From NCBI RefSeq assembly GCF_964355755.1, contig NC_092677.1, positions 4,052,101-4,116,100 of the forward strand: a stretch of 64,000 nt of DNA. Reading direction: 5' to 3'. The stretch comes from Antedon mediterranea. Lineage: Eukaryota > Animalia > Echinodermata. The notes below the pieces were generated by a model, which worked only from the letters and a program-made list of their open reading frames with translations, ran no database searches and was not told where the DNA came from. A program made the position numbers and the translations under genes. Of this stretch, positions 50,772 to 64,000 are shown in pieces (position 1 is the stretch's first letter; the number at the start of each line of letters is the position of its first letter).

Positions 50772-53700
50772 ATGGATGAAAAACAATTGGTTTCTGGTCT
50801 ATACAGAGGGTTATCACAGAACATCGTCGTGGATGAGGATACAGATATCAAGGTAGAAGTTATACTGAAGACCTAATGACTAGAAGACATGTCTATCACA
50901 CACAATGATGTTGTAACACATTTTCATTTAGACATTCATATTATGCGTTGTCATAAAGTAAACCATCTCCTTTGTTTTAATTGCAGGAAGCCGGAAATTC
51001 TCAAAAGTTCATAAATAGTTTTATTACACGGAATGTGCCAGCAAGTCGTCAAACGACCATAGAAGGGTTGACGGAAGGCAAAGGAAAATGTTTTTTAAGC
51101 TTGGAAAAAGTGAAGTTGAACCGTACGAACCGGAAGCGAGTCGCCAAAGGAAAGCAGAAAAGATTAACATCAAAAGAAAAAAAAGCATTGAAACTGTTTG
51201 AGATTTCAAAAGAACATCAAAAGTAAAGAATAGATGTTTATTTTGTATTTTTCTGTTTTTCAGAGAGAATATAATCCCACTAAACTTAACATTGGCTTAT
51301 AACAGATGGTCAAACTGAGCGCTAACTGTATACAGTCAAAATTTGATCTAGTATCACACTTACAAGGACCAGTACCAGTACTCCATGATACTCGCGGGTG
51401 CAGGTCAAGTCGGCCCCAAACCGTCTCGGCCAAAGTCAAGTCGGCCCCACGTCAACTCGGCCTCAAGTCAACTCGGCCTCACGTCAACTCGGCCAAAAAC
51501 TAATCGGTCAACTCGGCCACAATAAAGTATGGAACGCAAAAAGTGCTTAATATTATTACGATTCTTACTATCCACGTTTTAAAAAAAATGAAGAAATAAA
51601 AAATATAATATCATATAAAAAAATGAACTCATTGCCGATGAATAGAAGTACCCGCGTGTTACAAAAAACATGTGCAGGTACCGTATTTTAGGAAATCGAA
51701 GACGGAGGCGTTTTTGTGCATGATTTGCGTTTTTAAAAAAGGGGAATCCCCCGGTCAGCGAAAACACGTAGCAGTTGTAGATATCGAAAAAGCTGGCAAA
51801 CGCGCAGGGAGGCTCAGCTACGAAATTTTATTAAACGTAAATAAAGGAAAGTTGGTGAAATCCTTCCTATTTTTTTTGCTAAATATATTATTGTCTAAAT
51901 AATAATATTCATTAAAAGTCAGAATTATTCATAGTTAAAAAATTGTGAAGAAATATTATTTTATCAATCCCCTTCATTTGCACTTTTTGTGTTCCATACT
52001 TTAACGGGGCCGAGTTGACAGATTATTTTTTGGCCGAGTTGACGTGAGGCCGAGTTGACTTGAGGCCGAGTTGACGTGAGGCCGACTTGACTTGGGGCCG
52101 ACTTGACTTTGGCCGAGACGGTTTAGGGCCGACTTGGATTGCACTATGTTTATGATGTGTTGCAAGGTTGTGATTAGTCTATTGTTGAGCCTTAAGTGCA
52201 ATACAGTAAAACCACTATGAAGGGGACATCTTTGGACATAATACAGTGTACCATTATATAGGGGTATCCTCTGAATAGGGGTGTTCTAAAAAAGGGGTAG
52301 TATTTATTAGTCACGGAAGAATACTAGATGAAATAAAATAAATACACTGCATGATACCACTAACAAGTATTCAATTCACAGTACCCTGTATTAATAAACT
52401 ATTTAGACTATGGAGCCCTCTAGAAGTAAAAAACTTTCTTTTTATTTTTTTTAGATATGAAATGTATATACCACTGCATCAGCTATGGCTTGAATACATT
52501 AAAGAATACATGTTAACACACCTACCTAAACAGTGAGTTAATGACATCCAAAACAGCTGTAAACTTGCTTTTTTTTTAAATTATTTTATTAATAGGAGAG
52601 AGTTTTTCTTTTTTGTTGATCCAATCAATTGAAAAGTACGTTTCACAAACATTCAGTTTGCATTCACAAGTAGACTGTTGATCTTGGTTAGTCTGGACAA
52701 TATGTTACCTCTGTGTTTTTTAGGGTGCTGTGTTTTTCTGCGACATTGACGTTTGTTTCCCTGGGTTTAAATAATGTCATCATATATATGTGAGAGGTTG
52801 CGTCCACTGTCATTTTGTTTATTGTATCTGTGGTTTTTCTTATCAAAATAGATTCTCTTGCTTTTCTTTCAAGTCACAAATTTTCTTTTTGTAATATTTT
52901 ATTAATAGTCAGGCAGCATTTGTCACTATATTAACTTTACTTCATATATTTAGCCAAGTTTGATTTTTCACTTTTAAGTGATCAAGGACATCACAAGACA
53001 CAACTTCCAACTTGTTGTCCAAATTCTAAACGCGTTTTTCATTCGCTGGGGGCGCTTTTTCAAAATGGCCGCCTATGCTATCAAGTACTTATATCTCGGC
53101 AACCACTAATCGTAGAGACTTGGTTTTAGTCTTAAAATGTTCGTAAGGTACATAATTCTATTCACTATAATGGAATATTTTGCCATAGAATGACCGTAAA
53201 TACTATTTCTGACCATTTGACCTTTAACCTAATCTTATCATATCTCAATAACTATTGGTCAGAAAGAGTTGATATTTATCCCAAATTGTTCAGAAAATAC
53301 ATGTTTCTATTTGCTTTAATGCAAAGGTTTGTTTCAAGATGGCTGGAAAAACCATATCTAACCTTTGACCATAACCTGTGTGATATCCGCAACATGTTGG
53401 TTATAGATAACATTTTTCGACAGATTGCTCAGAACATCCATATTTGTAACACATTATTGATTTTTGAATTATTGATGCTTTAAAACATTCACTTAAGCTT
53501 GGAAATTAAAGTTTTAAAATAAATAAAAGCCACTCATTATCTCCATACATAATCCTAGCCTGTGATTGGCTGAAAGTTCAAGCAGATTACATTTCATGAG
53601 TTTAAATGGTAAGTGTTTTTTAAACCGATTTAAACAGTGTTTGCTGGGAAATCATACTTATTATTAGTACATATACATTTACTTGTATAATAATGTACCT

Positions 53701-56700
53701 ATGCTGATATAAATATTGTACAGAGGCCTTAGTTAAATAGTTATAAACTATAGTTTCAGCCTAGGCCTTGTCGCTAACACCTAGCAAACAATGCTAGCCT
53801 GGTGAGATCCCCGTGGAACTCAGTGACAAGCCAACTCAGTGCCTGGCATGGTAACCTCCGATGATGTCAGTCAAACGATTGAAAAGCAAGACCAATTAGG
53901 AAAAGAAGCATTGGATAAATTTGTGACTTCACGAATGGTTGAAAAAACCGTAACATTTTGGGACCCTCAAAAGAAAAACAACTTCTCTTATTTCAAGCAT
54001 GTAGGAGCAGTGGTGAAAACCAAAATTAATGGTCAACTAGTTTCAATTAAGCAAGAGAGAAAGCTGCTGTCTAGATTGTTAGTTGTGGCGAAGAGCAGGC
54101 CAGAGTTCGCTCTAAAGGATGTCTTAGGCAACTATGAGTTCAATAGCACTCCACCATCAAATTTCCATCCAGATGGAAGAATGATAATGCTTTCTGGAAA
54201 ATCCAAGGTATTGCAGTCAATAACAGAACTCCCTCTACCAGATAATGTCAGCAGGCCTGTACAGAAAGATGATAAAAAGCAGCATCAATCCCAATTATTG
54301 ATGGCATGTGTGTCATCAATATGGTAAAAAAGGTGTCTGATAAGTTCAATGCTTCTGACTTTGCATCTGAATTTGTTAACCTGATTGTTGGTATGAGCAA
54401 ACCATATGATGAAGTTCGTCTTTTATTTGATCAATATCTATCAGGATCTTTAAAAGAATCTACACGAGAAAGAGAACACAGAAAACAACTACCATTCACT
54501 ACCATGTCAATGACAACACTGAGATTAAGAACATTAAGACATTTTTATCGCACAAAGAGACCAAAGCTGAACTTACAAAATATCTGTCAGAGAAGATACC
54601 TAATCACTTCAAGAACAACACGAAGAAGGTCCTAGTAACACATCACACGTCCATGATGGCAAACTGCAATCTCTCAGAAGTTATCATGATGCCAGAGATG
54701 AAACACGGACAACACACATTGGAAGAAGGGGACCAACTGGTCTTATTGTATGCCTTTGATTGTATGAACAAAGACCCAAGTGCCAATGTTGACATATTTT
54801 CTGTAGATACTGATGTCTTTATCCTTTTAACAGGAAGCTATCCTCTACTTCCTCCAATGACCACATTTGTAGGAAAAGAGGGAAAAAAATACCTATATGG
54901 GAATGCTATTACCGACTTGGAAAACAAATATCAGCAGCACTGATTGGATGGTACGCATTTAAAGGTACAGATAACACAGGTACATTTGCTGGAAAAGGAG
55001 TGTCCGCCCATTTCAAAGCACTTTTGAAATGTGACGATGAAATACTAGATGCATTTACTGTATATGGACTGACCTCTGAAATACCAAATTGGATTTTCAG
55101 GCAAATGGAAAGATATGTTTGCATATTATACAGTACTTCTAAGATCAAGGCAGATTATGTCACAGACTTGAGATGGATGTTATTTGCACAGAAAGGCAAG
55201 GAAGGACAACAATTACCCACAACCATGGAAACTCTTAGATCCCACGTGGAAAGAGCATACTACATGTCTATTGTATGTAATTCATCATGCAAGCCAACTC
55301 CATCTATTCCACCAGCAACTGACTACTCCTGGTAACTAGAAGATGGTCACTTGAAGCCGGTATTTTTCAACAATCCACCAGCACCAGAAGCTCTTCTAGA
55401 AATTCGTCGATGTACCTGCAATGGTTCATGTTCAACAAATCACTGTAGTTGTAAGAAAAACAACTTGCTCTGTACTGATGCATATGAGTGTGGTGATGGA
55501 TGTGAGAATACAAAGGACTGGAATGTAGAGCTAGTAGACAATATCGATGAACTTTATTGACTGGAGAGGGTAATCTGACTATTTTCAATATTTATGGTAT
55601 GTATTTATTTATTATAACAGTTCCATTGGTGATTTGAAATATTGATTTTGGAACAAGGGATATCATCAACAAAACCACAAGTACCGGTACAAGTTATAAA
55701 CAATACTAGACAAATCTATAGTCTCTCAGTTGTGGATATTACTGTACATGCATTAGGGCAAGAGGTCAGATATGGCATTTCTGTTTGCTTTAAAACAAAA
55801 CATTTAATTACAGTAAATATAAAAAGGCATACTGCGAACAATTTGAAACAAATGTCAAGTCTGTGTGACCATTAGTTACCGAGATATGATGATAGAAGGT
55901 CAAAGGTCAAACGGTCAGAAATGGCATTTTCAGTCATTTCTGGTCAAAATATTCCATTAGAGTAAATATAAATATGTACCTTACAAACATTTTAAGATTA
56001 AAACCAAGTCTCTACGATTAGTGGTTGCCGAGATATAAGTACTTGATAGCATAAGCGGCCATTTTGAAAAAGCGCCCCCAGCGAATGAAAAACGCGTTTA
56101 GAATTTGGACAACAAGTTGGAAGTTGTTCGTTGTGACGTCCTTGATCACTTAAAAGTGAAAAATCAAACTTGGCTAAATATATGAAGTAAAATACAAATG
56201 CTGCCTGACTATAATAATTTTAATGAAGAATATTTAAAAATAAATTGTCATCAAATTAAGACTGAACATAAATTATGCTATTGAAAGAAACCATAGATTC
56301 TGAAGCAAATAAACATCTAAAAATAGCACAATATGTATTCTATTAATAAACCTAATTGGTAATTATAAATATTACTATACTTCCCCCTTGTGTGAATAAT
56401 TTGCAGATGGTACAATTTCGATAGATGTTTACACACATTTCCCATCTATTAATGATCTATGATATGATTAATAATTGAAAAATAAGACAGAATAATTAAT
56501 TAATTACTTTATTGATAAACATAATCAATATACAGCTATATTTGGAAAGTTTTCTTTTCAGTCTTTTTTGTGAATCATTTACAGATGGTACAGTTTTCGT
56601 AAATGTTGTTTACAAAAGTTCCGTCTTCTCTCCTGATCTAAGATGATATTGATTATTTTCAAGGAAGCATCAATAACTGCTCAGACGTTTTTGAAAACAT

Positions 56701-58176
56701 TCTTTTTCTTTGAGTACTGATCCAAAAAATATGTTTAATTAATCAAAGTTGTTTATCTTGTTCGTACCAAGCAATGACGACAACGACGACGGGCTTTGCG
56801 TCATACGTACGCTTCGAATGATGATTGCCTTGTATGTTATTGATAAACGATTAAGAAAGAAAATAATTAGATTTGCTTTCAACGTTTCAAAACAACTTTG
56901 TTTATCATCAAATGATGAAAGGAAATTTAAAAAGAGAATTTAGTTTAGAGATTATTTATTTATTCAAATTTGTTTTACAAGGGTAGCTCTCACAGCTGTA
57001 CAGCTTACTTAAAGAGGCACTCTTAAAAACAATAAAGAAATATATACATTATAAATACATTCAAACATAAAGATACAAGAGGATTTATAAAGTTAAAATT
57101 CTCAAATTCATTACAAAATTAAACTTAGAAATTATTCTACTGCAGTTACTGCAGTAAACTGCATTTTTCCCTACAATAAAGTATGATTTCGTTTGTCTCA
57201 ATGTACAAGTTTATAAGGGAATAAAAATAAAATTTCATTAATTTTCTCAATATTAAAGAGATGGTCCATACTGTGCATGTTAAAGATCATGGTATGTTAT
57301 TCGAAAAGAGTAGGTGATCGTTTCCTCCGTTGATGTGCTGATTTGGTAGGCGCTGCACTGCTGCCGTGGGTCCGTAACCTAATCCGAATTTCCTTAGTTT
57401 CCAGTTAAGCTTAAGGACCAGTATAAACACCACCTTAAATTTGGTTTTTTATGTTTTTTTTATCCAGAGACATGAAGCAATTTCAAGCAAAACTTCTAAA
57501 AGCAGATCTTCATGGATGCATCATGACAGGTAAGTAGAACCTATTAAGGGGACACCTTTGGGACCCAAAAAAGTGTCCCCTGGTTGGTCATATATCGTTT
57601 GTTTCATGGTAAAGTGTCGCCCTTAATCGGGGTGTGTATAATTGTTTTCTTTGCTGCAAATATGTTTTTATATTATTATTGTTCTTTTGCAGTAACCAAA
57701 TCTAAATGTCCAACATACATCGGACAGTCTGGTATCTTACTACAAGAAACAAGAAACGTCTTCAAGATAATCACCAAAGAAGACAAACTCAAAAGTAAGA
57801 ACAACAACCAGAATTACCACAGACCACAATTGTTCTTACCACACCATTACCAGTACCACTACCAACACCACAATTATTACCATTATTGGTTCAATACTGT
57901 ATAACCACAGACATTACCACCAACCATTATTCATCACCATTATTCACCAACAGTTACCATTAACAGTTAACCATACCATTTACCGTTGCTAAAATTCCAA
58001 TTTCCACAACCACAATGATAAAACATTTTTTTTTTACAGCGATTCCAAAAGCAAACTCTATATTCACATATGAATTCTGTGGTCATGTGGTGGACATTTA
58101 TGGAAATCAGTTCAAACACAGGTCAAGTCAAAGGTCAGCGAGACGGTTTAAGACCAAACCAACAGTAGATTTGTAA
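50772..58176 (+). CDS. POP4: Ribonuclease P/MRP protein subunit p29, 6 coding exons
   Basis: Exons 50772-50852 (MDEKQLVSGLYRGLSQ...), 50987-51222 (...LTSKEKKALKLFEISKEHQ), 52455-52532 (YEMYIPLHQLWLEYI), 57468-57529 (AKLLKADLHGCIMT), 57693-57794 (VTKSKCPTYIGQSGILLQETRNVFKIITKEDKLK), 58040-58176 (IPKANSIFT...IYGNQFKHRSSQRSARRFKTKPTVDL*). Phases are consistent. Confidence 0.95.
51398..52144. mobile_element. Non-autonomous DNA element with long TIRs built from GTCAA(C/G)TCGGCC subrepeats
   Basis: 51398-51545 (GTGCAGGTCAAGTCGGCCCCAAACCGTCTCGGCCAAAG...AAAGTATGGAACGCAAAAAGTGC) is mirrored at about 51980-52144. Confidence 0.85.
52906..56211 (+). mobile_element. Academ-type DNA transposon, internally deleted and frameshifted, in POP4 intron 3
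   Basis: About 320-bp TIRs starting TAGTCAGGCAGCATTTG, with a TAA 3-bp TSD. Broken ORF 53839-55560 carries LLFDQY, TLEEGDQLV, SVDTDVFILL, GTDNTGTFAGKG, LPTT..TLRSHVERAYY and a C-terminal Cys cluster (CTCNGSCSTNHCSCKKNNLLCT), consistent with the XPG/PIN-like nuclease plus CXC region of Academ elements. Confidence 0.8.
57800..58012. repeat. Low-complexity (ACC/ATT)-rich tract in the last POP4 intron
   Basis: Repeated ACCATT/ACCAC motifs. Confidence 0.7.
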
Positions 58177-58456
58177 CATTCTTACTGTAAGCCCGAACAA
58201 TAGATTTGTGATGTACCGGATTCATATTTCGAAACAACCTGATATTTAAAAATACAAACTGCATCAATTTTATTTTTCAAATATAAAATTTATTCATACT
58301 ATATAAACAATAAAATTAAATAGATTTTTTATATACAGTATAAACAAAACTTTTTATTTATTGTTGTTTAAAAATGTTTGCTTTTATGTTGAAAAAGTCA
58401 TTTAAATCTCAATATTATTTTGAAAAAGTTTCTGGAGAAAGTTATTGTGCAAAAGT

Positions 58457-59038
58457 TTATTGTAGATGTTCCGAAGAAGATGTTTGTGTGTTACTGTGAC
58501 CCTTGTGTCGAATGTGCTCTTTTTTGTGATGCGTCTTTCCATGGTGGCGCCGATTTAAAGCATCTTTAATGTGTAGATTTTCTTTTCTTATTTCACTCAC
58601 ATAATCTTCTAAATGTTTTACTGACGTTACTTCGACATTTTCCGAATTTTTTACTGATGTTGTCTCATAACCAGCATTGTTGAGAAGTGATTGAATTAAA
58701 GAAGAATGGTTTGGTTTCGGTAATGATACAGTCTGGCGACCTTTCTCGTTGGCTCGATCAATAACCGGTGCTCCGTCCGTGTCTTGTACCATTTTCGGAT
58801 ATTCAAAGTTTTTATCGTTGTTGAATGATATCGTCGGGAATGTGCTTGTTTGTTTTTTTGAAGAAATGTACCATTCAAGGAAAACATCTTCAGAGTTTCC
58901 GTCAAAGTTTTTCAGCATTTTTTTCCAGAACTGCTTGCATAATTTATGATGTAGATGTCTGATGTTGTTGTCGTTAACTTCCTCTGCTAGCAGACAAGTA
59001 ACCATGGTGATGAGAATAAACAAAGTAGAACAATGCAT
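58457..59038 (-). CDS. Uncharacterised secreted protein, 193 aa, with a His/Lys-rich C-terminus
   Basis: Single ORF with a signal-peptide-like start (MHCSTLFILITMVTCLLA|EE) and acceptor TTTTTCAG| at 59061, 22 nt upstream of the ATG. A matching upstream non-coding exon ends GAG|GTGAGT at 61316. Confidence 0.7.
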   Translation of the reverse strand: MHCSTLFILITMVTCLLAEEVNDNNIRHLHHKLCKQFWKKMLKNFDGNSEDVFLEWYISSKKQTSTFPTISFNNDKNFEYPKMVQDTDGAPVIDRANEKGRQTVSLPKPNHSSLIQSLLNNAGYETTSVKNSENVEVTSVKHLEDYVSEIRKENLHIKDALNRRHHGKTHHKKEHIRHKGHSNTQTSSSEHLQ

Positions 59039-61417
59039 CTTGGGAGTTTTCTTTAATAGTCTGAAAAATACAAATAAAAAACTTAATTTTTTAATTTAAT
59101 TAAAAAAAATGTTAATTTATAAAAGATGTATTTACATATGTAAATGTATTTATATGTAATTACAACTACTTTAGGATATAAAAAGTGTATATTTATTTTT
59201 TTTAAATGAAAGAAAATAAATTAAGACTAATTTCACTTTTGTAATGATTGTATGTGTATGTTAGAAGTCTTCTTTGGGCATCCCTATTCTGGAGACACCT
59301 CTGTTCAGGGTACAGGGGAGTTGATATGATTTTACAGCCAACCCCGATTCAAGCGACACCCGTAAGGAGATACGTATACCACCTTAAGATAGACTCTACT
59401 CTATTTGCATGGTACACATTAAGTACACACTTAATGCGCTTAAGTTGGTTAGGCATTTAACAAAAATTATTAATACATGTAACACCTTTCATGACAATTG
59501 GATTTTTATATGAAGGACATCATCCCCTGTGGACTAAAACCTTGGAATTTTTTATTTTCTTAACCAATGTATCTCTGAAGGCATTGATGAATTAATACTC
59601 ATCAATAATTATTAAAGGCATCACCGAAATTGAACAATGTACGCATATTTGATTCGGATACTGAAACAATTTTTCTATATTGATTATGAAATGATATTCA
59701 ATAATCATAAGCGAAGGCTATTGTCTGAACTAGTGTAGGTATCGTACGTTTCATTAAAATCAATGATCTTCAGCAAATTAGCGACATATCTGCCGCGTGA
59801 TTGGTTAAAAAGTACGTGGGGCATAAGACCTTCAAATCGCAACCTGCTCGTCCCTTGCTGAGAACTTGAGACAAAAGAATTCTTGTCGTGGAAATACTTC
59901 AAATACCTATCAGTGAGTTTTCTCACACGCGCATCTGTAGCGCGTTACCAAGCCTGATCTTTTCATTTGTTTACAAACCAAGGTGTAACCTAGCAACAAA
60001 CACCTTGATTCTATGAGTATTTCTGGTAACGAGCAACTATTCTATTACATTTTTCATTTATACTAATTATAAATATATTTTGTTGTTGTAAAATAAGGTG
60101 TCACCCACCAAGCAACAAACTCCCTGATTCTATGAGTAACTTTCGTAACTTTATTTTAACAAACTATTTTATACCATTTTTTTTTAGAAATTTGTACTTA
60201 TAATAACTTTTTTAATTTTGCAAGATATTTTAGTTAGGCTAGATTTTAATTTTAAAATGTGTATACTTGGTAATAATAATAATTGGTAATAATATAAATG
60301 TAATATTAATAATTTAAATACATTAATATTTATTTATTCTTTATTTATTTAAACAAGCTAATCTTAAACTTAATAGGTTAATATGTTTTTTGGTTATTCT
60401 ACTGAAATAATCCTGCATCATAAATGTATATTTTCTTACCAATTATTAAATTTGAACTAAATGTTTAAAAATCTGGCCAATTATGTTCAGTTTACTTTTC
60501 TATGGTTAAAATTAATTTAAAATAATTATATTATATTATTATAAGTCATTTATTTAGAAAACATTGCTAATTGAAGTTCTAATTAGTTTAAAATAAATAA
60601 TTACACATTGCAAATCTTTGAACATTTAATGTGAATATTCAAAATATATGCAAATATTCAAATATATGCAAATGTTCAGAAAAAAAAACTTGCACCTATG
60701 CATATAATAATATAATAGCATATAATTATAAAATAGCAAGTAAAGTATATTTTGCTTTTAAACTTTACAAATTTAGATATTTTTAATTTCAATGTGATGG
60801 CTGATATTATATGTGAATATTCAAAATAATATGCAAAATAATATGCAAATATTGAAAATATATGCTAATTCAGAACATCAATACACTTGCACCAAATAGA
60901 ATTATATAAAACCTGTCAAGCAAAATATTTTGTTAAAAAGTAAATTTACATATTTCTAATTTCTATGTAGATATGCCGGATATTATGTATTTATAATTTA
61001 ACAACTTCAAATAGACATTTTCACTTCTGCAGTATTGTAAATTTTATTTTATTAATTATAATATTGTCATATGCTTTTTAATTTCTTATACGTATAAATA
61101 AAAAACATTCTGACATAAAAATATTTTTATATAATAGAACAAAATAAAAGGCGACATCTTCAGGACCCAACAAAGTGTCCCAAGACCCAACCTCTTGTCA
61201 GGGGTGTTAAATTGGCTCCTTAATAAGGATGTCCAAAAAGGGGATCTACTAAACTATTAATTAAGTTATTAGTACTTAATGAAGTATGAATACAATTTTA
61301 ATTATTACAACTCACCTCCACTTAAATACACCAAGTGTTGTTGTAAGAGCTCTGTTGTGATGTGTACACTGCAATGGTTTCATAGCAAATGAAGAGAGGC
61401 CGCATCATCTTTTACAA

Positions 61418-61423
61418 TTTATA
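61418..61423 (-). promoter_or_regulatory. Candidate TATA box for the secreted-protein gene
   Basis: TATAAA on the minus strand about 100 nt upstream of the 61316 donor, implying a non-coding first exon of about 75 nt. Confidence 0.45.
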
Positions 61424-64000
61424 CGTTCATCTCAGTCGGCAGGGGGTAACTTTGATTAAGATGTCTGCGCTAATGAGGCAAAAGATATCTCATTGGTTCT
61501 CAATTAGCCGTATCATTGTCCTTACATGAACACATCAGCTGGAAAATTACAACCGAAACTTTTTTGTTCGTTAGCGCGTTAATACGCTGTATCACTATCA
61601 ATCGATATTCTTAATCAATACTATTAAAAAATTCAACAACGGAATCAGAGATTATATATCGACGAAGATTATTGTGCCATGAATTATTTAAAACAATTGA
61701 CAATATCATTTAACAGCACTAATTCCTTTACGACTCGATTTCACGCTTTGTACCATTTGATACATTACGCAAGCTGTCAGAACATTGAGTTACTGGCCTC
61801 TGACGCGTCAGACCGTTTAATATGCCATGGTGGTCTGTAGTCGATGAGACGTAAACTGGTATTGTACTTGAAACACGTTCTTATCTAGTTTGCACTGCGA
61901 AATGAGGACATTTATTTCTGAATTTATTGATTTTTGTAATTGATCTATTAATGCCTTGAGATTATCAGTAGAATGATCGCAAACGCAATTCGTTTCCGAC
62001 GTGGGGGCATTGAAGGTGGTCTATAATAATGTTGGTGGGAGGTACAATTGTTAACGCAAAACTAGATAACTTCTAAAGAGTTTTACAAAGCAGAAAATGG
62101 TTTTAAAGACCATAAGAAAAATGTAAAATATTTGCAAAAGACAAGGTTTTTGATTGGATGATACATATGCCCTTCATCGGTATTGAACACAATGTTTTTG
62201 ATGGAAATATATTTTAATATTAACCTATATTTTCAATGTCAACAAAATAAACAAATTGTCATTTTTTCAATATTCTTTTAAAGATTGATATTAATTAGTG
62301 GTAAACAGGAGACCAACTGGGTTTGAAGTTCATTGACCTTTGTGCAATTCTTGGTTGTTTTTGCATCATGGTATTGGAAATTATTTGTTTTGAACATCAC
62401 ATTTGAAGCCTGTATGATATACCATAACCCTTAATCTAATCATGATACAGGCACCACGTGTGATACTGTATTGCAGAATCTGCGAGATAATCTGAAAAAT
62501 ATTCATATATGAAAATACAATACAGAAAATCAGTTTGAAAATAATACACTGAATATAATATACAATGTAGTTAAACATTTTAAATAATTTATTAATATCA
62601 TCAACAATTAGTTCAGCAGATAAAAAACAATTGGATATAATAATATTAACAGAGCAATGTGACAATAAGTTAAACTTATGTATATATTACACAGTATATT
62701 ATGCTATAAATGTACATGTTGTAAAGATGTGTCCTTATAGACATACAGTACCATATCACATAAATGACATATATTTGGCCAAAAAAATAAATAAATATCA
62801 ATTGTCAAATTGATATTGATAAATGTTGAACATTGATTCTAGCAGACAGACTTAATTGTGGAAAAGTTTTATCAGATTTCATCTTTCGTTTATTGGCTTT
62901 ATGTGTTTTATCGTGCTTTGGGTTGGGAGCACTTCCTGTGCCAAGACTTGACTAGAAACTGTTTTAGCCCGAAAAAAAATGGAAGAAAAGCATTCAAAAT
63001 TATGTCGTTGTTATGCAAATGGAGTAGTTTACTTTAGGCACAGGTATGTATGTGAAGTCGTAGACACGTGCTGGGATGTGCAGTAGTAATTAGGTAGCTT
63101 TAGGGAGCAACAACCAACGACGTTAGGAACAAGGTCATGTCAAAATTCATTGTGCTAACGCCGGGAAGTTGGGAAATCACTCTATTTCCTGACTTTTTTT
63201 GTATTTTAAAGTTCAGACTATAAGACCAACGATGCATCAATGCGCATAGTCTATAAAATATGCGGAAAAGTAAAAGACCCATACTGTAACAAATAAAAAC
63301 ACCCTCAGATCATCAAAAGGGTTAAATATTAGAATGCCTTATTGTACTGTATATACAGTACGCTTGCAATACGCGTTCAAGAATTTGTTCAAACCTAATG
63401 TATTAATACGGGTACAGATGGCTGTGTACCTAACAATATGTGAGGACATTTGTAAAAGGGTTTTAACAGGTAAATATATTTACAGTCCTGTCTATAGTTT
63501 AAAAAAAAACCTGGAATGTTTATTATTTTACAATAAATTAAGATTAATTAATTACAAACATACAGAATTTTATATCAAGGTCCAGGTGGAAAAATATAGA
63601 AGAGGTCTGTTTTTCTGTAGAGCAAAACAAAAAAACAAAAATAGTCTAGGGAGCTTTTATTAGTTTAGAAGATTGATGCATTGCTGTCAATATTTCTTTG
63701 CTGTATGGTTGTATATTATAAAAAAAAATATTTTATAATAATTCACAAATATTATAAAAATGAAATATACTGCATATATAGCCAGTTCACATTGAAATAA
63801 TTATGGTGCTTTAGCACAAAACACTTTATATAATCTAAACAGTACATTTAAGGTTTGTTGAATTGTAATACTGTAATATAAACACACACGCACCAGGGAG
63901 TTGTAATTAATTATTAACTCCATACACACACTAAGCAACCATGTTTAATAATGATCATACCTTGAAACTTCATTCTTATAAAATACATACATAACGAAAA

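Noticed and set aside
57584-57904. His/Tyr-rich 106-aa protein
   Set aside because: It is a POP4 exon plus read-through into flanking intron and low-complexity sequence.
59970-60900. Local duplications upstream of the secreted-protein ORF (about 59975-60150 and 60630-60900)
   Set aside because: Short, AT-rich, diverged duplicates with no TIR, TSD or coding signal; ordinary intronic turnover.
61430-64000. Short ORFs at the right end of the window
   Set aside because: Low-complexity AT-rich translations with no splice-supported exon chain or recognisable motif.

Overview
AT-rich, intron-rich eukaryotic (invertebrate animal) genomic DNA, not prokaryotic. Genes from left to right: 5' end of cystathionine beta-synthase (CBS, -, runs off the window); VPS26C/DSCR3 (-, 7 coding exons); a two-exon PYURF/PreY gene (+) followed 148 bp later by an intronless mevalonate kinase (MVK, +); CPSF1 (-, about 32 kb); POP4/RPP29 (+, 6 coding exons, head-to-head with CPSF1); and an unrecognised secreted His/Lys-rich 193-aa ORF (-). 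The most striking signal is the apparent PYURF-MVK bicistronic unit: a clean GT-AG intron bridges the PYURF 3' region to the MVK start and there is no poly(A) signal between them. This would pair a CoQ/complex I methyltransferase chaperone with a mevalonate-pathway enzyme. Also notable: a CPSF1 intron made of about 120 tandem copies of its own 5' splice site (21-bp unit), a 14.1-kb 55-bp satellite (257 copies, with higher-order structure) grown out of a MITE inside another CPSF1 intron, a four-level nest of transposons in VPS26C intron 1, a TGT...ACA element splitting the VPS26C/PYURF divergent promoter, and a decayed Academ-type transposon in POP4. All calls are by eye; no searches were run.
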